64,000 bases of DNA from Heterodontus francisci (lineage: Eukaryota): positions 12,924,550-12,988,549 of the forward strand of contig NC_090404.1 of NCBI RefSeq assembly GCF_036365525.1, written 5' to 3'. This document shows positions 51,501 to 64,000 of this stretch, piece after piece (the stretch's first letter is position 1; the number at the start of each line of letters is the position of its first letter). The translations under genes and the position numbers were made by a program. Under the pieces are notes generated by a model, which was not told the origin of the DNA, did no database searches, and was given only the letters and a program-made list of their open reading frames with translations.

Positions 51501-52689
51501 TGGGAATTGAACTCGTAAAATTCCACTAAATTTGTATGTTTTCATTACACTCGAGCGTGTCTCTGTTTTCATTACACTCGGTCCTGTCTCTGTATTTTCT
51601 GCAATCGACCATCTCTCAGTTTCTATCACACATGGCCCTCTCTCAGTTATTACTGCGCTAGACCATGTCTCTGTTGATATTGTATTAAGCCCTGTCTCAG
51701 TTTTTACTGTACTTGACCCTGTCCCAGTATGTCTTTTCTTATATATTATACTAGAACATCTCTTGCTTTATTGCACGAGACCCTGTCTCAGTTATTCGTG
51801 TACTAAACTATTTATATTACTCTAAACTTTGTCCCTGTTCATAATACACTAGGCCCTTTCTCTGTTACTACTACAGTGGGAAATGAGTTTGTTTATACCA
51901 GTTTACACCCAGTCTCAGTTATTTCTGCACTATCTTTGGCTTTGTTCGATAGGTAGATAGATAACTAGAGGTAGAGATATGAATTTGTGTATGTGGAAGG
52001 ATGCAACTTTTGTTTTATACTTTTCATGGGATGTGAGCATTTCTGGTCTTGTTCAGGGACTAATATAATATAAACAGAGACATGGACTAGTCTAGTAATA
52101 ACTGAGACAGGGTCTAATGTATTAACAGAGACATAGCCTATTGCAGTAACAATCCAGTGTAATATAATCAGAGACATGGTTTTATGTAATAAAAACAGAG
52201 ACATGGCCCAGTGCAGGATCCAGTGTAATATAATCAGAGACATGGTTATATGTAATAAAAACAGAGACATGGCCCAGTGCAGTAATACCTCAGAGAGGAT
52301 CTGGTGTAGCATAAACAGAAACATGGTCTATGCAGTGATAATTGAGACAGGGCCCCGTGTAATATAAACAGATATATGATCGATGCAGTCATAACTGACA
52401 CAGGGCATAGTGCAATATAAACAGAGATAGAGTCTGGTGCAGTCATAACTGAGACAAGGACCAGTCTAATATGAACAGAGGTAGGGTCTGGTGCAGTCAT
52501 AACTGAGACAGGACCTACTGTAACATAAACAGAGGCATGGACTAGTGCAGTAATAACAGAGACAGGGCCGATTTATCTGTTTGCTGCCTGCCTTCACCAA
52601 CGCCAGCCACCACCCCCACCCACGCGCCCCCCACCCCACCAACACCCCCCCCCCCCCGCCTCCCCACACCACCACCCCCCCCCGCCCCC

Positions 52690-55600
52690 TTAAATAGAGT
52701 GGTTATATTTGCTACTTTCCAGTGTGCTTGAACATTTCCAGAAACTAGTGAATTAAAAAAAATAGCACCAACGCATCTACTACCTCATTAGCCACCTATT
52801 TTAAGACCCTAGGATGAAGTCCATCAGGACCCGGAGATTTGTCATCCGGCAGTTCCATCAGTTTACTCCGTACCGCTTCCCTGATGATTGTAATTTCACC
52901 AAGTTTCTCTCTTCCTTCCACCTCATGATTTACAGCTATTACTTGAATGTTTTTGTATCCCCTAGAGCGAAGGCACAAGCAAAATATTTATTCATTTCAT
53001 CTGCCATTTCCTTATTATCTATTATTAACTCCCCATTCTCACTCTCTAGAGGACCAACACACACTTTACTTACTATTTTCCTTTTTAAATACCTGTAAAA
53101 CCCTTGCTGTCAGTTTTCTACTAGGAATAGACATAGGAGTGTTTTGAAATATTCTCTTAGATTTCTGAAACTGCTTCTCTATTTACCTATCTCCTAGCCT
53201 AGTAACCCAGTTCACTTCAGCTAGCTCAGCTTTCATGCCCACATAGTTACCCTTATTTCAGGTTAAAATACTAGACTTGGGCCCACTTTTCTCTCTTTCA
53301 AACTGGATGGAAAATTCAATCATATTGTGGTCACTGCTATCTAGAGGTGCCGTTACTCTGAGGTCATTAATTTAACTCTGTTACATTACACAATGTCAAC
53401 TCTAATACAAACCTGCTGTCTGGTTGGTTCCAGAATGTGCTGCTCGAAGAAACTGTCTCGAAAGCATTCTATGAACTCATCATCCAGACTACTATTGCCA
53501 ATCTGATTTTTTCAGTTTATGTGTAGATTAAAATCACCCTTGCTTATTGCCGTTCCTTTCTCACAAGCACCCAATATTTTTTCTCGAATCATCTTCTTCA
53601 TCCCTGGTAACATCCTGATAAACTTCCTCTGTAGCCTTTTAGAGGCCTTTGCATCTTTCATAGAATCACAGAATCATAGATATTTATGGCACAGGAAGAG
53701 GTAATTCTGCCCATCGCGTCTGTGCCGGCCAAATACAAGCTAAACTGACGTCCCATTTCTTGGTCCGTAGCCTATAAGTTACGGCATTTCAAGTGCATAT
53801 CCATGTATTTTCTTTCCAAAAATACGATGAGGGTTTCTGCCTCTACCATCCTTTCACATAGGGAGTTCCAGACAGATTTGGGTGAAATGAATTCTCCTCA
53901 ACTCCCCTGTAATCTTCTGTAAATTGCTTCAAATCTATGGACCCGGTTGTTGACCTCACTGCTGGGGAAACAGGTCTTTCTTGTCCACTTTATCTAGGCC
54001 GCTCATAATTTTATACACCTCAATTAAATCTCCCCTCAACCTCTTCTGTTCCCAAGAAAACAACTCTTAGAGAGAGAGATACAGCACTGAAACAGGCCCT
54101 TCGACCCACCGAGTCTGTGCTGACCATCAACCACTAACCACCCATTTATACCAACCCTACATTCCCTACCACATCCCCACCTTCCCTCAAAATTCTCCTA
54201 CCACCTACGCATACTAGGAGCAATTTACAATGGCCAATTTACCTAACAACCTGCAAGTCTTTGGCTGTGGGAGGAAACCGGAGCACCCGGTGGAAACCCA
54301 CACAGTGACAGGAGAACTTGCAAACTCCGTACAGGCAGTACTCAGAAATGAACCCGGGTCGTTGGAGCTATGAGGCTGCGGTGCTCGCCACCGTGCCACC
54401 CAACTCCTCCACTTAAATTTTCCAGTCCTGGAAACATCCTTTGCAAATCACATTTATCCCTTCTCTAGTGTGACCAGAACTGTATGCAGTACTGTAGCTG
54501 TGGTTTAACTAGTGTATTATACAGTTCACACAAAACCTCCCTTCTCTTATACCCTGTACCTTGCCAATAAACGAAAGTATCCCATATGCCTTCTTAACCA
54601 TGTTATCTATTTAGCTTGCTATCTTCAGCGATTTGTGGACAATGCAATGTGTCTCTGTTCCTCTACACTTCTCAGTATCCTATCACTTATTGCACATTCC
54701 CTTGCCTTGTTAGCATTCGCCAAGTACATTGGCTCAGAATTCCGCAGATTGAATTCCATTCGCCACTGTTACACCCACCTGACCAATCTAGGGCAGCATT
54801 TGACCGAGTGTGGAGTCCGAGTCAAACTGAAGTCAATGGGAATTAAGAGGAAAGGTCTCCACTGGTTGGAGTCATACCATGCACAAAGGAAGATATTTGT
54901 GTTTGTTGGAGGCCAATTACCTCAGCCCCGGGACATCACTGCAGGAGTTCTGAAGATCAAAAGTAGGGATGTTGCTAATGATTGTAAGATGTCCTGTGCC
55001 ATTTGCAACTCCTCAGATACTGAAGCAGTCCGTTTCCAAATGCAGCAAGACCTGGACAACATTCAGGCTCGGGCTGATAGGTACAAGTAACATCAGTGCC
55101 ACGCAAGTGTCAGACAATGATGATCTCCAATAAGAAAGAATCTAACCATCTCCCCTTGACATGATGGCATTACCATCACTGAAATCTGCTACTATCAATA
55201 TCCTGGAGGTTACCATTGACCAGAACATGAATTGCAACATATATGCTGTGGTTACAAGAGAAGGTCAGAGACTGGGAATCCTGTGGTGAGTAACGCACCT
55301 CTTGACTCCCCGATGCCTGTCCACCATCTACAGGGCATAAGTCAGGACAGAGATGGAATTCTTTCCACTTGCCTGGATGGGTGCAGCTCCAACAACATTC
55401 AGGAAGCTTGACAACATCCAGGACAATGCGGCCCGCTTGATCGGCACCCCATCCACCACCTGAAACATTCACTCCTCCACCACCAATGCACAGCGACAGC
55501 AGTGTGTACCATCTACAGATGCACTGCAGCCTCCTTCGACAGCACCTTCCAAACCCTCGACCACTACCACCTAGAAGGAGAAGGGCAGCAGATGCATGGG

Positions 55601-55850
55601 GACACCACCACCTGCAAGTTACCCTCCAAGCCATATGCCATCCTGAACTTGAACTATATCATTGTTCGTTCACTGTCGCTGGGTCAAAATTCCGGAATCC
55701 TCTGCTTCACAGCACTGTGGGCGTACCCGCACCAGATGGACTGCAGCGGTTCAAGAAGACAGCTCACAACCACCTTCTCAAGGGCAATTAGGAATGGGCA
55801 AGAAATGTTGGCCTTCCCAGCGACACTCACATCGATAAAAGATTAAAAAG
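52690..55850. mobile_element. CR1-type LINE fragments (minus 52690-54790 with SINE insertion; plus 54790-55850)
   Basis: KSPGPDGLHPRVLK and family 3' ends. Confidence 0.7.
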
Positions 55851-55859
55851 AAAAATCAA

Positions 55860-56410
55860 AGGCAGGTACAGTACATGTTGGATACAGAGTAAAGCTCCCT
55901 CTGCACTGTCCCATCAAACACTCCCAGAGCAGGTACAGTACAGGTTAAATACAGAGTAAAAGCCCATCTATGCTGTCCCATCAAACACTCCCAGGGCCAG
56001 TACAGCACAGGCCTTCCGTGACCGGTGGGCACTGCAGGGACTGGAGTACATCATGGACACCGAGGATGGCATTTTTTTTTGAGCTTTGTTTTATTGATTC
56101 AATTTTAATAAAGTTATTTTATGAAATGTATATAAGGGGGAGGGGGAGCTGAGGAATAAAGGCCACCTTTAAACAAAACGAGCTAGATCCATAGAAGCTA
56201 TTCTTCAACACTGTCCCATTAAACACTCCCAGAGCTGGTACAGCAAGTGTTAAATACAGAGTAATGGTCCCCTCCACGCTGTCCCATTAAATATTCACAG
56301 GGCAGGTGCAGCAAGTGTTAGATACAGAGTAAACCTCCATTTACACTGTCCCATCAAACGTCCCAGGCTATTGAATGAAAAAAACACAATTTAGGGTAAA
56401 GCTCCTTCTG
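55860..56410. repeat. ~65-bp satellite array
   Basis: gatacagagtaaagctccctct.cactgtcccatcaaacactcccag.gcaggtacag repeated about 6 times. Confidence 0.85.
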
Positions 56411-58959
56411 TGGATTCCCAACGATTTGGTTAGAGGCTGATGAATAGGGCTGAGAGAGAACGTTGTTAAGATGTTGACTTCATATTGTGAGGTAATCACA
56501 ATGACCCGTTCTTGAGAAGCAAGTCATAGGTCACGAAAGGAGAGAGAGGGGCAGCTCGAGAGAAGGTACAGGAAACGTCCACAAAAACACTGCTTTTATC
56601 TCCAGCGATTAAAGATAATCTTTACCAATTCTGAACTTAGGTATCATCTTTGTTTTATTCTCATATAATTACCAGAAATGTTCCAAAAATCAATTGTTAC
56701 TCGAATCCGTTGAGACATTTGCATTTTTCTCTCTCTTTAATTCTGTGGTCTGTAGGTGGGGAAATATTTGTTGTGCTTCTGCTGCTCAAGACTCTAATCT
56801 GGGAATTCTATTTCTGTGTTTATTTACATGAAGGGCTCATTGGTTTCATCTTCGTGTTCATAGCAGCAAAGCCAGATCCACGGTTTCTTCAACTCAAAAC
56901 AAAGGTTTATTTTCAGAATATTGACCGTTGGTACAAAATGAATAGAAACAATTCAAACAGAGAAAAAAAATGAAGAATTCATTTCTGAAAGTTCTGCTGA
57001 CAAAATTAATGGAACATCTCTAAACAGACTGTTATTTCACTGAATGTTCATTTAATGGAATGTTTATCCTGTTTGAACTAAACAAGTTAAAACAGTGACC
57101 ACAGGAGTGGTCTAACAATCACATTAATCTCAGATCTTTCAACATAACGCAGCTTGTATTTATAAATGCTCACATCTGGAATAAAAACACATTTATGCAG
57201 AGCCTTTCAGAACCTCAGGATGTTCCAAAGCACTTTACATTCATTGAGGTATTTGTGTTGAAGTGTAGTCACTGCTATAATTTTGGAAAGACAGGGGGCA
57301 ATTTCCGCACAGCAAGCTCCCACGAATAGAGATGTGATGGAAGGACAGATCACTTGGTTATCAATGATGCTTGATGTGGGGTAAATATTGGCCTAAGACA
57401 CTGGCGAATGCTCACTGTTCTTTAAGAAAGTGCCAGAGATATGTCACATTCGGCTGAGATGCCAATACCATCGCCTCATTTGAAAGATGGCACCGCTGAT
57501 CATGCAATACTCCATCAGCACTGGGTTACAGTCTTGGCTCATGTGCTCAAGACGATGGGATGAGGATTGAACCTATGACCTTTTAACTCACAGTCAAGAG
57601 TGATGTCACTGAGAAAAGACCTGTAACCTCTCGCAGTTTGCTATTTATTTCAGTTCATCTAAACTTCCGGATATGAGACCAGTCTTGCTGGTCTGTTTAA
57701 TTGTCTGGAGCTAGTTCTCTTATTAGCCCAGGATGTTATTCTAGCACTGCTGTAACGGTGCACGGGATTTCCACTGGGTCCATGTAAAAGTGTCACTTTT
57801 TCTGAAAGGAGCATCTGGAAGCACCTGAGGCTAAAGGACTCGAGTTTTACACTGCGTGAGATGCACTATCAGAGCAGCTGGGATTAAACATAAAAAATGC
57901 TGGAAATACTCAGGATGTCAGGCAGCGCCTATGGAGTGTAAAACAGAGTTCACTCTGGAATACCCTCCCTACACCTCTCCAACTTGCTTTTATTCTTTAA
58001 GACACTCTTTATAACCTACATCTTTGACTAAGCATTTGCTCATCTGACCTAATATCTCCTTTAGTGACTCAGTGCCATACTTTGTTTCATAATGCTGCTG
58101 TGAAGCACCTTGGGATGTTATATCACGTTAAAGGTGCTCTATAATTGTAAGCTGTTCTAGGCACTGCCTCAGTTTATATTAATCTATTCCTTGTCACCGT
58201 AATCACTGCACTAGGCCCTGTCTCCATTTACATTAATCTAGACCCTGCATCAGTAATCACAGCACTTGACCCTGTCTCAGTTTATATCAATCTAGGCCCT
58301 GCATCAGTAATCACTGCACTAGACCCTGTCTCGCTTTATTTTAATCTAGGCCCTGTATCAGTAATCACTATACTAGACCCTGTCTCCGTTTATATTCATC
58401 TAGACCCTGCATCAGTAATCACTGCACTAGGCCCTGGCTTAGTTTATATTATTCTAGGCTGCGTATCAGTGATTACTGCACGAGGTTCTGTCTTAGTTAA
58501 CATGAATCTAGGCCATGTATCAGCAATTCCTGCACTAGGCCCAGTATCAGTTTATATTAATCAAGGACCTGTATCAGTAATTCCAGCAGAGCACCCTGCC
58601 TCAGTTTATTTTATTCCAGGTGTTGCAGCTCTATTAGCTTCACTCCGCCCATTATTATTGCACCAGCGAGAGCGTGTGTTTATTATAAAATTGACCATTT
58701 CTGTTTATATTACTGTAGACCATGTCTCTGTTTACAATACACTTGGCCCTTGCTCACTTCATATTCATATGACCATGTCTGTCTTTACATTGCACTAGGC
58801 CAGGCCCGGTCCTACTTTATATTATGCCAGAACAGGTTTAGGTTATTACTGGATTAGACCAAGTTTCTTTGTATTTTACACTCAACGTTGTCCCATTTAT
58901 TACTGCAATAGGCCCGGTACCAATGTATATTGCACTAGGCCCCATCTTCCCGAGGTTTT

Positions 58960-61660
58960 TTTTAATATTAGTTCCTGGGATGTGGGCGTCTCTGGCTCGG
59001 CCAGCAGTTATTGCCCTTCCCTAATTGCTATCAAAAAGATGGTGGTGAGCTGCCTTCTTGAACCGCTGCAGTCCAAGTGGCGCAGGTAAACCTTTAGTGC
59101 TGTTCGGAAAGGAGTTCCAATATTTTGACCCAGCGACAGTGAAGGAATGGTGATATAGTTCCAAGTCAGGATGGTGTGTGGCTTGGAGCAGCACTTTCAG
59201 GTGGTGGTGTTTCCATGCATCTGCTGTCTTTGTCTTTCTAGGTGGAAGACGTTGTGGGTTTGGAAGGTGCTATATAAGAAGCCTTGGTGCATTGCTGCAG
59301 TGCATCTTGTACATAATACACCTGCCACTGTGCATCGGTGGTGGAGGGAGCGAATGTTTGTGGATGTAGTACCAATCAAGCGGGCTGCTATGTCCTGGAT
59401 GGTGTCGAGCTGTACCCATCCAGGCAAGTGGAGAGTATTCCATCGCACTCCTAACTTGTGCCTTGTAGATAGTGGACAGGCTATGGGGAGTCAGGAGGTG
59501 AGTTACTCGCCACAGTATTCCTAGCCGATGACCTGCTCTTGTAACCATGGTACTTATATGGCTACTTTAGTTCAGTTTCTGGTCAATGGACCATGATAGT
59601 GGAGGATTTAGCGATCGTAATGCAATTTTATGTCAAGGGTAGATGGTTAGATTTTCTCCTGTTGGAGATGGTCATTGCCTGCAACTTGTGTGGTGCAAAT
59701 GTTACTTGCCACTTATCAGCCCAAGCCTGGATAATGTCCAGGCCTTGCTGTATTTCTACACAGACTGCTTCAGTATTTGAGGAGTCATGAATGGTGCTGA
59801 ACATTATGCAATCATCAGCGAGCATCCCCACTTCTGACCTTGTGATTGAAGGAAGGTCATTGATGAAGCAGCTGAAGCTGGTTGGGCCTAGGACACTACC
59901 CTGAGGAACTCCTGCAGTGATGTCCTGGAGCTGAGATGATTGACCTCGAAAAACCGCAACTATCTTCCTTTCTGCTCGGTATGACTGCAACCAGTGGAGA
60001 GTTTTCCCCTGATTCCCATTGACTCCAGTTTTGCTAGGGCTCCTTGATGTCATAATCCGTCAAATGCTGCCTTGATCTCAAGGTTAGTCACTGTCACCTC
60101 ACCTCTTGAGTCCATGTTTGAACCAATGCTGTAGCGAGGTCTGGAGCTGAGTGGCCCTGGCGGAACCCAAACTGTGCATCACCGAGGAGGCTCTTGCAAA
60201 GCAAATGCCATTTGGTAGTGCTGTCGACGACATCTTCTATCCCTTTACTGATAATCGAGAGTAAACTGGTGGGGCGGTAATTGGCTGGCTGGACTTGTCC
60301 TGCCTTTTGTGAACAGGACATACCTGGTCAATTTTCCACATTGCCAAGTAGATGCCAGTGTTGTAACTGTACTGGAACAGCTTGGCTCGGGCACGTCAAG
60401 TTCTGGAGCACAGGTCTTCAGTACTCTTGCCGGAATATTGTCAGGGCCCAGAGCCTTTGCAGTATCCAATACCTTCAGTCATTTCTTGATATCACACGGA
60501 GTGAATCGAATTGGCTAAAGACTGGCATCTGTGATGCTGGGGACTTCAGGAGGAGGCCGAGATGTTTCATCCACTCGGCACCTCTAGCAGAAGGTTGTTG
60601 CAAATGCTTCAGCCTTATCTTTTGCACTGATGTGCTGGGCTCCCCCATCATTGAGGATGGAGATATTTATGGATCCTGCTCCTCCAGTTAGTTGTCTAAT
60701 TGACCACCACCATTCACGACTGGATGTGGCAGGACTGCATAACTTAGATCTGATCCGTTGGTTTTGGGATTGCATAGCTCTGTCTATCACATGCTGATTA
60801 CACTGATTGGCACTTACATAGTCCTGGGTTGCAGCTTCACCAGGTTGGCATTTCATTTTGAGGTATGCCTGATGCTGCACTCTTCACTGAACCAGTGTTG
60901 GTTCCCAGGCTTGATGGTAATGGTAGAGTGGGGGATATGCTGATACATGGGGTTACAGATTGTGGTTGAGTACAATTCTGCTACTATTGATGGCCCACAG
61001 CGCCTCATGGATGCCTAGTTTAGCATTGCTAGATCTGTTTGAAATCTATCCCATTTATAACGGTGGTAGTGCAACACAACATGTTGCAGGGTATCCTCAA
61101 TGAGAAGATGGGACATTGTCTCCACAAGGACTGTGCGGTGGTCATGACTACCAATACTGTCATGCACAGATGCATCTGCAGCAGACAGATTGGTGAGGAT
61201 GAGTTCGAGTATATTTTCCTCCTCTTGTTGGTTCCCTCATCATCTGTTGCTGGTGTCTGGCTCGTTGTCTGTAAGGTATGATTCGCTGAGTATGACTATG
61301 TCAGGCTGTTGCTTGACTAGCCGGTGAGACAGCTCTCCCAACTTTGGCACAAGCCCCCAGATGTTAGTAAGGAGGACTTTGCAGGGTCGACAGGGCTGGG
61401 TTTATCATTGTCGTTTCTGGTGCCTCGGTCAATGCCGAGTGGGCCATCTGGTTTCATTCCTTATTGACATTGCAGTGATTAGATACAATTGAGTCGCTTT
61501 CTAAGCCATTTCAGAGGGCATGTAAGAGTCAACCACATTGCTGTGGGTCTGGAGTCACATGGAGACCAGACCAGGTAAGTTCAGCAGATTTCCCTCCCGA
61601 AAGTACATTAGTAAACCAGACAGGTTGTTTTTACAACAATCGACAATGGTTTCATGGCAC
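58960..61660 (-). mobile_element. CR1-clade LINE, long decayed copy
   Basis: ORFs 59628-60053 ([15 protein letters not shown]), 60094-60321 (NYRPTSLLS) and 60584-60880. Confidence 0.85.
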
Positions 61661-62249
61661 ATAACAACATCTCATCGAGATAATAGATGTAGGTATATAT
61701 TTATAGACAGACAGACAGACGGCTAGAGTGATATTATGCATATATCTAAAAGGCAGCGTGATATATTCAATCATTTTAGGTAAAAAGCAAACTTTTAGAC
61801 TTGCAAATAGCTATCAGTTGCTATGTGCAAATTATAAATGTTCTGGTATATGTGGGTAATATTTGTGTTGAAAGGATGGAATAATTCTTGTAACAATCTC
61901 CCAGAGATGATCTGGGATTAAGGGACAGGACGAAAGGTGAGCAATAGTGCAGTGCACTTTACACTCCCTGGTGACAAACTCTGCTGTGTTAAAGTTTATT
62001 AATTCACTATTGTGTTGCTCTGTGCCCATTGTTCACAGCTTTTTAATGTTAAAAATATTTTTTTTCCTGCAGAATTTTATCTTTAGCTTTCACCTGACCC
62101 ACTCATCATGTCATGCAGATTCTGGAACCATACCTTAATTGAATTGGTGCCTCAGGGTCATAATCCCCATTCGGTTAGAAGTCTATCATTGGTTAAGAGG
62201 TGTAACTGTGAACAGCTCACACACAAATGTTTTCCAGAAGATCAGATCA

Positions 62250-62945
62250 TAAGATCATAACCCTTGACTCCCTTGTCAGAAATCAAACACAGCTTTGAAT
62301 ATATTCAATGGCCCAACCTCTACAGCTCTCTGGGGGAGGGAATTCCACAGATTAACCACCCTTTGAGAGAAGAAATTCCTCCTTACATCTGTCTTAAATG
62401 GGAGACCCTTTATTCTGAAACTGTGCCCACTAGTTTGAGATTTCCCCAGAGGGGAAACATCCTCTCAGCATCTGCTCTGTCAAGTACACTCAGAATCGTA
62501 AGTGTTTCAATAAGACCACCTCTCATTCTTCTAAACTCCAAGGAGTATAGGCCCAAAATGCTCAACATTTTTTCATGAGACAACTCCTTCATCCTCGGAA
62601 TCAGCTTAGTGAACCTTCTCTGAACTGCCGCCAATGCAAGAATATCCCTCAAGTAAGGAGACCAAATTGTACACAGATACTCGAGCACGGGTCACCAATA
62701 TCCTGTACAGTTGTAGTCAGCCTTCCTTACTTTTATACTCAACGCCCTTGCTATAAACACCAACATTCCATTTGCCTTCCTAGTTATTTGCTGTCCCTGA
62801 ATGCTACTTTTTTGTGTTTCAAGTACAAGGACAGCCAGACCCCTCTGGACCACAGCATACTGCAGTCTTGCTCCATTTAAATAATATTCTTCTCTTCTAT
62901 TCTTCCCACTAAAGTGGACACCCTCACATTTTCTCACATCATACT
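62250..62945 (-). mobile_element. CR1-type LINE 3' fragment
   Basis: ORF 62410-62688 (LEYLC..WSPYL...VQRRFTKLIP). Confidence 0.8.
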
Positions 62946-63234
62946 ATATGTGAGGGTATGTAGATATGTGTGTGTGTGTGTGTGTGTGTATGGTTGTGTC
63001 TGCGTGAATGTTTGTGTGTGTGCTTAGAAAGGTTGAAGTGCATTGCACCAAAATAAGTGATTACCTCCACTAAGTATTTTTCAGTATTTAATTTTCATGT
63101 ATTCAAAATGTAATAACATTGTAAATCATTTAATAACAATAACAATTATTCACAACACATTCTGTTGTGTGTTCTTGTTTGGAAAGAGATCTCACACTGG
63201 CCATTCCATTACCAAGGCAAGCACGTCTGTCACC

Positions 63235-63845
63235 GAACTCACTGAACCCCTCTCATTTCCCCTCTCTTAGACTTAACTCACTGAACCTCTCTCCTCTCTC
63301 TCAAACTGAACTCACTGAACCCCTCTCCTCTCCCCTCTCTTAGACTTAACTCACTGAACCTCTCTCCTCTCTCTCAAACTGAACTCACTGAACCTCTCTC
63401 CTCTCTCTCAAACTGAACTCACTGAACCCCTCTCCTCTCCCCTCTCTTAGACTTAACTCACTGAACCTCTCTCCTCTCTCTCAAACTGAACTCACTGAAC
63501 CTCTCTCCTCTCTCTCAAACTGAACTCACTGAACCCCTCTCCTCTCCCCTCTCTTAGACTTAACTCACTGAACCCCTCTCATTTCCCCTCTCTTAGACTT
63601 AACTCACTGAACCTCTCTCCTCTCTCTCAAACTGAACTCACTGAACCCCTCTCATTTCCCCTCTCTTAGACTTAACTCACTGAACCTCTCTCCTCTCTCT
63701 CAAACTGAACTCACTGAACCCCTCTCCTCTCCCCTCTCTTAGACTTAACTCACTGAACCTCTCTCCTCTCTCTCATACTGAACTCACTGAACCTCTCTCC
63801 TCTCTCTCAGACTGAACTCACTGAACCCCTCTCCTCTCCCTTCGA
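63235..63845. repeat. Young minisatellite of alternating 34- and 36-bp units
   Basis: aactcactgaacctctctcctctctctcaaactg and aactcactgaacccctctcctctcccctctcttagactt, about 17 near-identical units. Confidence 0.95.
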
Positions 63846-64000
63846 TTCCATCGAACTCAGTGAGCCTCTTTACTCTCGCTCTCTCTCTCAGACGAGCCCT
63901 GACTCACTTAAAATTTCATATTTTCTGAACATCCTCTTTGAAGAAACTGCATTTTTTTAAATTTTCCCTTACTTCTCCCAGTGATAATCCTCAGTCCATC

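Noticed and set aside
56650-56973. Hydrophobic 107-aa ORF
   Set aside because: Non-ATG start in T-rich sequence, with no family resemblance.
63235-63845. CRISPR-like regular array
   Set aside because: Vertebrate DNA, and there are no unique spacers; it is a plain minisatellite.

Overview
Cartilaginous-fish (shark) antigen-receptor region. The constant-region peptides closely resemble horn shark (Heterodontus) IgM as I recall it; I ran no search. On the minus strand there is a complete, unrearranged and apparently intact IgM heavy-chain cluster: leader, VH, D1, D2, JH, Cmu1-4 with secretory tail, TM1 and TM2, spanning about 11.3-34.5 kb. About 4.5 kb beyond its 3' end lies an intact TCR alpha/delta-type V gene on the plus strand. 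Further left is a NAR-TCR-type V-D-J cassette (minus strand, pseudogenised), with possible decayed V relics nearby. An IgM cluster therefore appears to be physically joined to the TCR alpha/delta / NAR-TCR locus. The cluster has three odd features. Its leader and VH look IgW-type rather than IgM-type. Its D-segment signals are 12/12 and 22/12 rather than the usual 12/22 and 12/12, as if the D1-D2 spacer had been inverted in the germline. Its Cmu2 is divergent. The rest of the window, especially 35-64 kb, consists of LINEs (CR1, L2, a young RTE, Penelope), SINEs, minisatellites and old inverted duplications. Repeat boundaries are approximate.
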